A DNA stretch of 64,000 bases, taken from contig CAZVVW010000003.1 of the NCBI GenBank assembly GCA_964630685.1, forward strand, positions 32,110 through 96,109. Reading direction: 5' to 3'. The position numbers and the translations under genes were made by a program. Shown one piece after another: positions 28,467 through 37,530 of the stretch (its first letter is position 1; each line of letters opens with the position of its first letter). Source of the DNA: an uncultured Methanosarcinales archaeon. Its GTDB lineage: Archaea; Nanobdellota; Nanobdellia; Woesearchaeales; BS150m-G63. Under the pieces are notes generated by a model. It did not search any database. It was given only the letters and a program-made list of their open reading frames with translations, and had not been told where the DNA came from.

Positions 28467-29705
28467 ATGGGAAAAAGAGGTAGTTCTCAAGTTGATTGGG
28501 CAATAAGTCTAGCAGTATTTCTTCTTTACATAGCGTGGTTTTTCATATTTGTAACTCCTGTTTCAGAAAGGGCTGAACTAACTAATCTTATTCCTTTGGT
28601 GGAAGATCGATTGTTGGAAGATATTTCTTGGAAGGTTTATGGTGCTCCGATGATAATTACATCCAACATAAATTCAACTTATGAGCCAATAATAAGTGGA
28701 TTTCCATTTGATATTACTAATTTTTATCTAAATAATGATTATTGGGTTTTGGATAGGGGTAATCTTATTTTTTTAAGTGATTTATCTGGAGGGTTGAACA
28801 CTTTTTGGATTGTTGATTCTGACGAAACTTATTCTCTTCCTTTTGTGTTAAATGACCTTAACTCGAATTCAGAATTTAGCTCAACAATGGGGTTTAAAGC
28901 ATATTTTCATAATTCAATGCTTTACAAAACAGATTACCCCACACAAAAAATCAATAGTGTATCTTATGAATTAAATGATGTTTCTTTAGATGTTTCTAAA
29001 AATTCCTTTACAGATACTCCTATTGTTTCAATCTATAAAATTGAAGGACAATCTATCAACCATACATCTTATGTTTTTGCACAGAATCAGAAAGTGTATA
29101 ATTATATTGACGTGAATATAGAAGGGGAATATGTTTTCAAAATTTCTTTTGATTTGTTTAAGTATTCTAATTATTTTACAGACAATCTTTATACTGGTAC
29201 TTTTAATTATTCTCAAAATGAGAATATCACATATTCTGGTGATTTTTTAAATCTTTATTCTTCTAGCGATGTTGTGACTTTGATTTTTGAAGAAGAATCT
29301 GTGATTACATTACACCACACAAATAGTTCTAATCTTCAATTAGATGTAGAACTTCCTTTTTCTTCAGATACTTTTTATAAATTAATTTTCCATAGCGATT
29401 TGATTGAGGGCGAAGATTTTATATCTCCTTATTCTACAGAATTTGGTATGTTTGAAGAAGTTGAAGGGGTTTCATTAGAAAAATTATTAGGTCTAAATAG
29501 TTCTAATTATAATGATTTGAAATCTGATTATGGTTATCCGGAAGATAAGGATTTTTCTATTTTATTAACTAATTCAACGACGACTTTGATGAATAGAGGT
29601 CCTGTTGCACCTGTAGTAAATATTTATTCAAAAGAATCTACTCGATGGATGTTAGATGAGTTATCTGAAAAAAATAAACTAAATTTAATTATAAAAACAT
29701 GGTAA
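28467..29705 (+). CDS. Surface protein with class III signal peptide
   Basis: KRG|SSQVDWAISLAVFLLY signal followed by an S/N-rich beta region. Confidence 0.78.
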   Translation: MGKRGSSQVDWAISLAVFLLYIAWFFIFVTPVSERAELTNLIPLVEDRLLEDISWKVYGAPMIITSNINSTYEPIISGFPFDITNFYLNNDYWVLDRGNLIFLSDLSGGLNTFWIVDSDETYSLPFVLNDLNSNSEFSSTMGFKAYFHNSMLYKTDYPTQKINSVSYELNDVSLDVSKNSFTDTPIVSIYKIEGQSINHTSYVFAQNQKVYNYIDVNIEGEYVFKISFDLFKYSNYFTDNLYTGTFNYSQNENITYSGDFLNLYSSSDVVTLIFEEESVITLHHTNSSNLQLDVELPFSSDTFYKLIFHSDLIEGEDFISPYSTEFGMFEEVEGVSLEKLLGLNSSNYNDLKSDYGYPEDKDFSILLTNSTTTLMNRGPVAPVVNIYSKESTRWMLDELSEKNKLNLIIKTW

Positions 29706-30067
29706 AAAAAGCAAATATACACACACTTGAATCCTTTTTGGCATTTATGCTCACATTTGCATTTATAGCTATAATTAGCACACAATTTTATCCTTCAGAG
29801 CTTGATTTTCAAAAAACATCTGTGCTAAAAAATTTAGAACAAGATTCTGTATTTAGAAATTGTGCATTAGCTAAAGATGTTGATTGTTTAGATTCTTCTT
29901 TTATTGAAACAACTCCTAATTTTCCAAACAGGTACAATTATACAATTGCTATTGACTCTGTTCCTGAATTCCCTAAAAAACATATTTTTGTAGATTCTGT
30001 GTTTATAGCATCCAATCTAACTACTTATAATCCAGTTACAGTAAAACTTTATTACTGGGTTAAATAG
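29699..30067 (+). CDS. Pilin-like small protein (class III signal peptide)
   Basis: KKA|NIHTLESFLAFMLTF signal; overlaps the upstream gene. Confidence 0.75.
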   Translation: MVKKANIHTLESFLAFMLTFAFIAIISTQFYPSELDFQKTSVLKNLEQDSVFRNCALAKDVDCLDSSFIETTPNFPNRYNYTIAIDSVPEFPKKHIFVDSVFIASNLTTYNPVTVKLYYWVK

Positions 30068-30211
30068 TAAGTAATACGTTGGTCAATTTTTCAGTCAGAC
30101 AATTTAATTCTAAAGTTAAGATTTTCTGTATATGGTCCCTCTTAAGAACTATTAAGTCAGAAAAACAATAAAATAGTAATATTTTTATAATCTAAAAATA
30201 ACAATAGCAAC

Positions 30212-30490
30212 ATGAAAATAACAATTGATACTAAAACAGATAGCCAAGAAGAAATAAGAAAAGCAATAAAATTACTTGAGAGTTTATTGTCTTCTTCTGT
30301 ACATTTGGAATCTAACACTGTTGAAGAAAATCCTGGCATGTTTAGTATGTTTAATGACTCTTCTGATTCTTCAGAACCAATCCAAGAAGAAAGTGTTCCT
30401 CCTGTAACTGCTTATGGGGAAATTACACCAAAAAAAGAGGAATCTCCTAAATCAGAAACATTTAACATTAAAGAATTACTTGATGATTAA
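30212..30490 (+). CDS. Uncharacterised acidic protein
   Basis: MKITIDT..DS.EEIRKAI.LL N-terminus followed by a low-complexity tail. Confidence 0.75.
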   Translation: MKITIDTKTDSQEEIRKAIKLLESLLSSSVHLESNTVEENPGMFSMFNDSSDSSEPIQEESVPPVTAYGEITPKKEESPKSETFNIKELLDD

Positions 30491-30559
30491 TTCTTTAAGA
30501 AATTAAAGAATTACTTGATGATTAATTCTTTAAGAAATTAAAGAATTACTTGATGATTA
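30467..30559. repeat. 35-bp tandem repeat (2 full copies + 23 bp), containing an 11-bp perfect inverted repeat
   Basis: Unit attaaagaattacttgatgattaattctttaagaa starts at 30467, 30502 and 30537; stem ttaaagaatta/taattctttaa with a 9-nt loop. Confidence 0.93.
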
Positions 30560-30622
30560 GATTTTTATGATTTTGCTTTTTCGTCCAACATTGATTACTT
30601 TTGTTTTTCCAATTTTTTCTTT
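30557..30622 (-). pseudogene. Relic 3' end of a homologous metallophosphoesterase gene
   Basis: Translates KEKIGKTKVINVGRKSKIIKI*, versus EEKIGKTRVINVGRKGKIINL* at 30662-30727. Confidence 0.85.
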
Positions 30623-30661
30623 TAGGATTCATGAGGAATGAATGAATTGTTGAAGAAAAGA

Positions 30662-31264
30662 TTATAGATTGATTATCTTTCCTTTTCTTCCAACATTAAT
30701 CACTCTCGTCTTTCCAATCTTTTCTTCAATGCCTTCTGCCTCGTGAACATGACTGCATAACAAGAAGTTTGGCTGAAGTTTTTCTACTGCTTGTCTTACA
30801 CCTTTGCTTCCGGGAAAAAATTGAGTAAATTTTTCCATCTTAGTCTCACTTGGGTGTACATGAGTTACCATAACTCTTTTTTTAAGATAATCTATCTTAT
30901 CAAAACCTTTTTTCAGTAAATCATATAATTCTTTTTCGCTTAGTTGATTTGCTCCGATGTTTGCACCACCAGCTCCAAAGATTCCAACGTCTTTATATTT
31001 TACAGAATAGCCGTGGATGTTTTTAACATCATAAAAATCAGCTAAAAAATCGGCTGTTGCGACTCCTTCGTGATTCCCAGGTATTAATAGAACTTTTTCA
31101 TTTCTTTCAACAAAAGGCTTCATTATATTATCTGTAGATGTTTCCATGTAAGTTAGATCACCACACAAGATAACTAAGTCTACTTTTTCCTTTTTTGCTT
31201 TCTTAGCTAATTTCTCAGCTAATCCACTATCTCCGTGGATATCTCCTGCTGCTAGAATTTTCAT
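30662..31264 (-). CDS. Calcineurin-like metallophosphoesterase
   Basis: GDIHG, CGDLT, PGNHE, VTHVHP, SHVHE. Confidence 0.92.
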   Translation of the reverse strand: MKILAAGDIHGDSGLAEKLAKKAKKEKVDLVILCGDLTYMETSTDNIMKPFVERNEKVLLIPGNHEGVATADFLADFYDVKNIHGYSVKYKDVGIFGAGGANIGANQLSEKELYDLLKKGFDKIDYLKKRVMVTHVHPSETKMEKFTQFFPGSKGVRQAVEKLQPNFLLCSHVHEAEGIEEKIGKTRVINVGRKGKIINL

Positions 31265-31266
31265 AA

Positions 31267-31839
31267 TTATCTCTCTTTAACATCAACTTCTTCTTGTGTT
31301 AGATTAATTATATTAGAAGGCCTGCCCTTCTTTTCGTCTTCATAAATTATAAAATCAACTGCTGTTCTGATGCTATTATCTAAATTATTCAATGTAGTCA
31401 TGAAATTTTCTCCTACGACATTTGCGGAGGTCGTGACTATTGGAATCTTGGTTACTTTTGCAACTTGGGTAAACCAATGTCTTGGCATCCTTACACCTAT
31501 TGTATCTAAATTTGGTGCAACGTTATCTGCAATCGAATTTGTGTTTTTTAATTTTAAAATTAATGTGACTGGTCCTGGAAGTTCATTTACGTATTTTTCT
31601 GCTTTTTCACTAACTTCGCAGTTTTCTAAAATCCAATCTTTAGATGGAGCTATTACTGAAAACGGCATGTTAGGTCTTTTTTTTAATTCTCTTATTTTTG
31701 CAACTGCAGATTTATCTAAAGCATTGCATCCAATACCATAAATAGTATCTGTTGGATGTATGAATACGGCGCCATCTCTAATTAAAGATAGGAATTCATC
31801 TCCTTCTAACCTAAATTCTTCTTTATCTACCACCCTCAT
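31267..31839 (-). CDS. tsaC: L-threonylcarbamoyladenylate synthase (Sua5/TsaC)
   Basis: PTDTIYGIGC, KKRP..P, PGPVTLIL, TTSAN, PS.II. Start moved to ATG 31839 because the ORF-track extension overlaps another SD-led ORF and a TATA-rich stretch. Confidence 0.9.
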   Translation of the reverse strand: MRVVDKEEFRLEGDEFLSLIRDGAVFIHPTDTIYGIGCNALDKSAVAKIRELKKRPNMPFSVIAPSKDWILENCEVSEKAEKYVNELPGPVTLILKLKNTNSIADNVAPNLDTIGVRMPRHWFTQVAKVTKIPIVTTSANVVGENFMTTLNNLDNSIRTAVDFIIYEDEKKGRPSNIINLTQEEVDVKER

Positions 31840-31919
31840 ATTACTCTTAGAATTATTTACCCTTTTTAAATCTTTTTTTATAATTTTACTATAAAATTTA
31901 TAAAAACCTTCTTGAGTAC

Positions 31920-32045
31920 TTAACATCCACCTAAATTCTTTATATTTCTTCTTCTTACGCTCTGTTGCCACCAAAAAAAATCAAGAAAATCTATTTTGGC
32001 TTTATAATCATCCCACTTCATATATTTGGTTTGTTTTTTGAACAT
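31920..32045 (-). CDS. Small unannotated 41-aa protein
   Basis: MFKKQTKYMKWDDYKAKIDFLDFFWWQQSVRRRNIKNLGGC; AGGTGA SD overlaps the stop of the upstream small ORF. Confidence 0.65.
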   Translation of the reverse strand: MFKKQTKYMKWDDYKAKIDFLDFFWWQQSVRRRNIKNLGGC

Positions 32046-32054
32046 TTTTATCAC

Positions 32055-32168
32055 CTATGCGGCTAAATATCCAATCATGAATCCTTCTTCTGCGTCACTA
32101 ATTGCGTCGTTCATTATATATTTTTCAACAATATCTTCTTCATAAATATTCATTTCATCTTTAATCAT
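32055..32168 (-). CDS. Small unannotated 37-aa acidic protein
   Basis: MIKDEMNIYEEDIVEKYIMNDAISDAEEGFMIGYLAA; GAGGTG SD 4 nt upstream. Confidence 0.75.
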   Translation of the reverse strand: MIKDEMNIYEEDIVEKYIMNDAISDAEEGFMIGYLAA

Positions 32169-32276
32169 TTTACACCTCGTTTGATTTAAGTATTGTTTTG
32201 TACAACACCTTTTAGAAATAATATTGTCCAATTCTCTTTAAATATCTCACGCGCACATGTCCAGTGCTAGTGGGTT

Positions 32277-33347
32277 TTAGAATTCAGTCAATTTCTTTAC
32301 CCTAGAATAATCAACTAAAGTAGTGCTTCCTTCTGAACCACCAGTTATTTTTTTAATTGAGATGAATTTATTATCTGCTAATTTTTTGATGCTTCTCTGA
32401 AAAGTTTTATATGTTTTTTCTCCACCTTCAGATTTATATTTTTCATATAATTCCCCTATTTTTGCTTGGGGATTTTTTTTAATGATATTTAACACAAATT
32501 GGGTTTCATCATCTAAAGAAGAACTGCTTTTTATACTAAAACTATCTAGTTTTTCTATCGCTTTATTTACATCATCAATCTCTATCTTTTTGTTACCCCT
32601 ATTCTCAGCAATGTTTCCTGCTTCTTTCATTAGATAGAGTCCTGATCTTATGTCTTTTAGCTCAACAGTTTTATCTACAACTGCTTTGAATGCAGATTCA
32701 TCCCAAACTCCACTTACAAATGCGTAACCTTTTCTATACTTTAGAATATCTTCTGTTTCTTCTCTGCCATAAGGTTTGAATTCCATCATTTCAGCCATTA
32801 ATCTAGATTTTATTCTTTGATCTAAATTCTCGGCCCACTTGCTTTCGTTAGTAATTAAGATTATACTTTTTCTATAAATATCTTCAAGAATAGAATAAAG
32901 AAAACCTAATTCTTCGGCTTTATCGATTTCGTCAAATACAAAAACAACCGAAGCTTTGTTCAATGTTTTTTTGGCGATGTCTAATAATTCATCTGTTTTT
33001 TTATTATGAGTTAATCTATAATCTAATTTTTCACACAATTCGATTGCAACTTTATGGCTGGTGTTTTTTTGCCAGCAGTTAATATAGATTGGAATTATCT
33101 CGTCTGTTTCTTCTTCCACTATTCTCAGCATGTGGTTACACACAACTGTTTTCCCTATACCGCTTTGCCCAAATAAGACCATATTTGTGCCATTTCTTTT
33201 TTGATCTAAAGGTTTAATACAAGTAGCAATTTTTTTTTGTTCGTTTGTTCTCCCCCTAATTAATTTAGGCATATAATCATAATCTAATGCGACAGGATCT
33301 TTGAATAAACTTTCTCCAGACCCTAGCATATTTTCAAAAACTCCCAT
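32277..33347 (-). CDS. cdc6: Cdc6/Orc1 family replication initiator
   Basis: ALDYDYMP...R, GQSGIGKT, YINC, FVFDEID, LDQRIKSR, F.PY, C-terminal winged helix. Confidence 0.9.
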   Translation of the reverse strand: MGVFENMLGSGESLFKDPVALDYDYMPKLIRGRTNEQKKIATCIKPLDQKRNGTNMVLFGQSGIGKTVVCNHMLRIVEEETDEIIPIYINCWQKNTSHKVAIELCEKLDYRLTHNKKTDELLDIAKKTLNKASVVFVFDEIDKAEELGFLYSILEDIYRKSIILITNESKWAENLDQRIKSRLMAEMMEFKPYGREETEDILKYRKGYAFVSGVWDESAFKAVVDKTVELKDIRSGLYLMKEAGNIAENRGNKKIEIDDVNKAIEKLDSFSIKSSSSLDDETQFVLNIIKKNPQAKIGELYEKYKSEGGEKTYKTFQRSIKKLADNKFISIKKITGGSEGSTTLVDYSRVKKLTEF

Positions 33348-33404
33348 AAAACTCTAAGAAAAAAACTAGATTTATATACTTTTCCTCTAAAAATTGAAAA
33401 AGTT

Positions 33405-33560
33405 TCAGCGCTTTCTTATTCTTTTTACAATTCCATATAATATGAATCCTATTCCAATTAAAAAGAATAGGAAAAACTTCCAGAAATTGATAAGGGCAGA
33501 AGATAGTGCAACAACTAATCCTATTAATCCAAATGCAAAATCAGGTATTTCTCTTGACAT
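33405..33560 (-). CDS. Small unannotated two-TM membrane protein (51 aa)
   Basis: MSREIPDFAFGLIGLVVALSSALINFWKFFLFFLIGIGFILYGIVKRIRKR; GAGGT SD overlaps the serS stop; basic C-tail. Confidence 0.8.
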   Translation of the reverse strand: MSREIPDFAFGLIGLVVALSSALINFWKFFLFFLIGIGFILYGIVKRIRKR

Positions 33561-33565
33561 ATTTT

Positions 33566-34843
33566 TTACCTCTTTTTAATAATCTTTAATCCACCCATAT
33601 ATTTCTGCAATGCTTTAGGTATGGTTATATCTCCTTCTTTTGTTTGATTATTTTCCAATATGGCCACCATTGCTCTTGAAGTAGCTATGGCTGTGTTGTT
33701 GAGTGTATGAACATAAAACCTATTTCCTTTATCATCTGCTTTGATGTTCAGTCGTCTTGCTTGTGCTTCTTCCATATTTGTCAGTGAGCAAAACTCATTA
33801 TAGTCTTTTTTTCTTGGACTCCAATATTCTAAATCGCAACTTTTTGCTTTCAAATCTCCTAAATCTCCTGAACAACACTCCAACACTCTTGTTGGAATTT
33901 CTAGTTCTTTGAAAATGTCCTTTGAAATCTTAAGCATTTCGTCATAAAATTTGTAAGAATCTTTAGTTTTACATAACACGACCATTTCAACTTTATTGAA
34001 TTGGTGGGTTCTGAATAATCCTTTTTCATCAATACCATGACTTCCAATTTCTTTCCTAAAACATTGACTGTAACTGCAGATTTTTAATGGGAGTTCTTCA
34101 GCATCCACTGTTTGGTTAATAAACATCCCAATCAATGGGTGTTCTGAAGTTGCAATTAAGTATAGGTCTTCTTCTTCTATTTTGTAACTCATCTCTTCAA
34201 TTTCTTCATGAGAATAAACTCCATTTAACACTTCTTCCCTAATCATTAATGGTGGCTCGACAAATAAATAACCTTTTTTAATCATAAAGTCTATCCCAAA
34301 CCTAATTAATGCTTGATTTAGTCTTGCTAAATCTCCTTTCAGATAAAAAAATCCATTTCCAGAAACTCTTGCAGAAGCATCAAAATCTACTATACCTAAA
34401 TTTTCAGCCAATTCAACATGGCTTTTAACATCAAAAGTGAATTTCTTGGGTTTTCCAATTTTTTCTATTTCAACGTTTTTAGTGTGGTCTTCCCCTAATG
34501 GAACTGAGCTATGAATAATGTTGGGAATTTTATACAATAATTCTTTGATTTCTTGCTTTAGTTTGATGACTTTTTCTTCTTTTCCTTTTAATTTCTCTGG
34601 AATTTTTTTTGCTTCTAAAACCTTTTTCTTGATGTTTTTTCCTTCTTTCCTAAACTCATTTATTTCTTTACTTACAAGATTACGCTTGTGCTTTAACTGC
34701 TCCATATCATAAAGAATTTTTCTGTATTTTTTGTCTTTTTCAAGCACTTCATCTACATATTTTAATCTATCTTTTTGAAATCTTTTTTTGATGTTTTCTT
34801 TGATAAGTTGGGGGTTTTCCCTAATTAATTTGATATCTAACAT
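33566..34843 (-). CDS. serS: Serine--tRNA ligase (bacterial/standard type)
   Basis: MLDIKLIRE, LIATSEHP, CFRKEIG..G.FR.HQF.KVE, HTLNNTA.A..R. Confidence 0.97.
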   Translation of the reverse strand: MLDIKLIRENPQLIKENIKKRFQKDRLKYVDEVLEKDKKYRKILYDMEQLKHKRNLVSKEINEFRKEGKNIKKKVLEAKKIPEKLKGKEEKVIKLKQEIKELLYKIPNIIHSSVPLGEDHTKNVEIEKIGKPKKFTFDVKSHVELAENLGIVDFDASARVSGNGFFYLKGDLARLNQALIRFGIDFMIKKGYLFVEPPLMIREEVLNGVYSHEEIEEMSYKIEEEDLYLIATSEHPLIGMFINQTVDAEELPLKICSYSQCFRKEIGSHGIDEKGLFRTHQFNKVEMVVLCKTKDSYKFYDEMLKISKDIFKELEIPTRVLECCSGDLGDLKAKSCDLEYWSPRKKDYNEFCSLTNMEEAQARRLNIKADDKGNRFYVHTLNNTAIATSRAMVAILENNQTKEGDITIPKALQKYMGGLKIIKKR

Positions 34844-34873
34844 TTTATTTTTTGTTATTTTTTGTTATTTTTA

Positions 34874-36733
34874 TTAACCCATCACCCTTACTTTTTTACC
34901 TAAATCTAATGCCTCTAGTAGTTTTCTTCCTATTTTATTTCTTTTATGGAATTTTAAGGTTCCTTGATGTCCGATTTTAGCTGTCATTAAAAGATCATCT
35001 TCAATATAGAAGTCTACATCTTTCCCTCTCATTTTTCCGCTGAAATAAAACATAATTCCATTTTTGGATACTTTTGTTGTAAATTCGATTTCGTTGCCTT
35101 GGCTTTCTTGGTCATTGCTTTTAATATTTGTTTCGTTGAGTTCTCTTACATCTATACTAATTCCTAATTTTTTCTCGAATCTTTCAATATTTTTTCCTTG
35201 CTTACCAATCAATTTAGCAACATCCCTTTTTGGAACATACACTATACATTTATGATTTCCTGCCATTTCTGCTTTAACATTATCGCTATGTTTTCTAAAT
35301 TCTTGTTCTATACTTCTGGCTGCGAGTTCTTGACCTGGACTTTGTTGTTCCCCTTTAACTGGTACAACGACTGTCTCTTCCCCATAACTATATAATTCAT
35401 ATTCTGCTTTTTGGGTTTCAAAATCATTAACTACCACAATAGGCCTTGCTAAATCAGATTCAGTCATCCCACTGGGTACTTTGACAACCATACTTAAACT
35501 AAGCACTTTATTAACTACTCCGTTTTTGATAAATATTACAGTATCTATTATCTGAGGAATTACACCTAACTCAATTCTTCCAACAAATCTTTGTATTGCG
35601 TCTACTGGGTTTGTTGCGTGTACAACCCCTACCATACCAACACCACTTAATCTCAAATCTGCGAATAATTTAAAATCGCGAGTGTTTCTCATCTCATCAA
35701 ATAATGTATAATCTGGTCTTGATAACAATAAGATATCATGAATTTCTTGTGGGTTTCCATGGCTCATTGCATATTGTGTTACATTTTCAGGTAAAACTAA
35801 ATCCCTCGGAGCTTCTACTGTTTTTACAATCTTGTCTTGACTAGCGTAAAATTCTGCGAGTGCTTGAGCGAAGGTACTTTTACCCATTCCTGGTGCTCCA
35901 GCAATTAATACACCTTCTGCTTGTACACATACTCTTTCATTTAATTTTTCAGACAGAGTGTAATCAACTAAACTCAATCTTTTAACAGGTCTTACTGCAG
36001 TTATTTCCCAACCATCAGAAAAAGGGGGTTTAGTAATAACAATCCTGTATAAACCTAATTGAACTATTGTGCTTCCTGGTCTTTCTATTTCAATAAATCC
36101 GTCTTTTCGTATACTTGCTTCTTCAATTATTTCTCTACTTATATCTTGAATATCATCTCTTTCGAGAGGATTTTTTCCTACAGCTTCAAATGTCCAGTTT
36201 CCAGGCATACCTTTTTTAGCATAAGGAAGTACATTCTCTCTGAGATGTACGCTCATGGTTAATTTATCAAAGAATTTTTCTAATTTAAGTGTACCAACGA
36301 CTTGTTCAATCTTAATAAATATATTTTTAACGCCTTTTGCATTTGCAACTGTTGCTTGTACTTTATCAGCAGTAAATAATGTGCCGTCTTCTTCGTAGGC
36401 TAAATCTCTGATTAAAGCATCTATTTCTCCCCTTTTAGCATATTTCACTTCTACGGCAGTTGGTTTTCTTCCCCCAAACTGCACTTCAAATTTAGATTTG
36501 TTAGATAAATTTTTTATCTTTTCAATTTCTTCCAAACCTAGAAATCCTATAGCTTTGTTCAAATTTGCTTGGTGTTCAAGTTCTCTTAAAACAGCTTCAT
36601 GAAATAGAACAACACCAACTTTCAATTGTTTCTTTTGAATATATTTTGAAACAAGTCCCTCTATAATCACAGAAGTGTCTGGCACTAATTTTTCTACTTC
36701 ATAAACCTCTTTTATTTTTTCTGTTTTTTTCAT
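34874..36733 (-). CDS. PIN-domain ATPase with KH domain (PINA/MJ1533 type)
   Basis: N-terminal VPDTSVII PIN domain, GAPGMGKST, DEMR, GVVHAT, and KH motif LIGKQGKNI. Confidence 0.9.
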   Translation of the reverse strand: MKKTEKIKEVYEVEKLVPDTSVIIEGLVSKYIQKKQLKVGVVLFHEAVLRELEHQANLNKAIGFLGLEEIEKIKNLSNKSKFEVQFGGRKPTAVEVKYAKRGEIDALIRDLAYEEDGTLFTADKVQATVANAKGVKNIFIKIEQVVGTLKLEKFFDKLTMSVHLRENVLPYAKKGMPGNWTFEAVGKNPLERDDIQDISREIIEEASIRKDGFIEIERPGSTIVQLGLYRIVITKPPFSDGWEITAVRPVKRLSLVDYTLSEKLNERVCVQAEGVLIAGAPGMGKSTFAQALAEFYASQDKIVKTVEAPRDLVLPENVTQYAMSHGNPQEIHDILLLSRPDYTLFDEMRNTRDFKLFADLRLSGVGMVGVVHATNPVDAIQRFVGRIELGVIPQIIDTVIFIKNGVVNKVLSLSMVVKVPSGMTESDLARPIVVVNDFETQKAEYELYSYGEETVVVPVKGEQQSPGQELAARSIEQEFRKHSDNVKAEMAGNHKCIVYVPKRDVAKLIGKQGKNIERFEKKLGISIDVRELNETNIKSNDQESQGNEIEFTTKVSKNGIMFYFSGKMRGKDVDFYIEDDLLMTAKIGHQGTLKFHKRNKIGRKLLEALDLGKKVRVMG

Positions 36734-36773
36734 GTTTAGAGTAATCTTTTAATTGTTTTTAAATCTTTCTTGT

Positions 36774-36983
36774 TTATTTGTTAACATAATCTGCATTGAC
36801 GAATTTACTATAGGCATATTCAAATCCCTTTTCTCTTTCTATTTCTAACTCTCTTAATTTTTTTAGTCTTACTTTTTCTCCAAAATAGTGTATGCTCCAT
36901 CCAGAATTATCTTTGCTAGGTTCAAGCATACCTGTTTTTCCATCGCTCCTTTTGACTTCACTTTCTAGATTTTTTGAATTCAT
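36774..36983 (-). CDS. Small uncharacterised protein
   Basis: 69-aa ORF with GGTGA SD. Confidence 0.6.
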   Translation of the reverse strand: MNSKNLESEVKRSDGKTGMLEPSKDNSGWSIHYFGEKVRLKKLRELEIEREKGFEYAYSKFVNADYVNK

Positions 36984-37041
36984 TTTAATTCACCATGTAT
37001 AAAAAAGATTTAGTGCTTTATAATATTTTTTAAAATTATAG

Positions 37042-37378
37042 AGTTAATAAGACGTTATAAGGGACGCCGAGGGTGGGATTTGGAACCTACAGTTTCGGCT
37101 GTAGGCTTCGAAAGGCAATATAAATTAACAAAGTTAATTTAATTACTTAATACTCTCTTTGATTTATAATTTTATTAAAAGATTGAAGTTAATAAGAAAT
37201 TATAAGGGACGCCGAGGGTGGGATTTGGAACCTACAGTTTCGGCTGTAGGCTTCGAAAGGCAATATAAATTAACAAAGTTAATTTAATTACTTAATACTC
37301 TCTTTGATTTATAATTTTATTAAAAGATTGAAGTTAATAAGAAATTATAAGGGACGCCGAGGGTGGGATTTGAACCCA
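37042..37378. repeat. 145-bp tandem repeat of the tRNA-Ser 3' end plus hairpin element (2 full units + tRNA)
   Basis: gggacgccgagggtgggatttg starts at 37061, 37206 and 37351. Units 37061-37205 and 37206-37350 are identical and contain the hairpin cctacag-tttcgg-ctgtagg. Confidence 0.95.
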
Positions 37379-37436
37379 CGATCCCAAAGGGACAGGATTA
37401 GCAATCCTGCGCAATACCAGGCTATGCGACCTCGGC
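37355..37436 (-). tRNA. tRNA-Ser(GCT)
   Basis: Acceptor GCCGAGG/CCTCGGC, anticodon arm CAGGA-TTGCTAA-TCCTG, long variable arm TCCC-TTT-GGGA. Confidence 0.96.
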
Positions 37437-37530
37437 ATACTGTGAAGAAAGTGGCTCTTTTGTTTAAATATCTTTGCCTTTTTAAGATGTTTCCAAAACT
37501 TTTAAATATCACCCACAATAATTTAAATAA

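Noticed and set aside
30467-30559. 35-bp palindromic repeat as a mini-CRISPR
   Set aside because: Copies are directly adjacent with no spacers and overlap a coding end.
31840-31974. 45-aa N-terminal extension of TsaC in the ORF track
   Set aside because: TTG start without an SD; it overlaps an SD-led ORF in another frame and a TATA-rich promoter-like stretch.
32169-32276. Replication origin next to cdc6 (tccagtg resembles part of an ORB)
   Set aside because: Only a single 7-nt partial match, no G-string, no repeated boxes; the gap upstream of cdc6 is also short and ORB-free.
37042-37378. 145-bp repeats as a CRISPR array
   Set aside because: Whole units are identical with no variable spacers, the repeat is a tRNA 3' end, and no cas genes are present.
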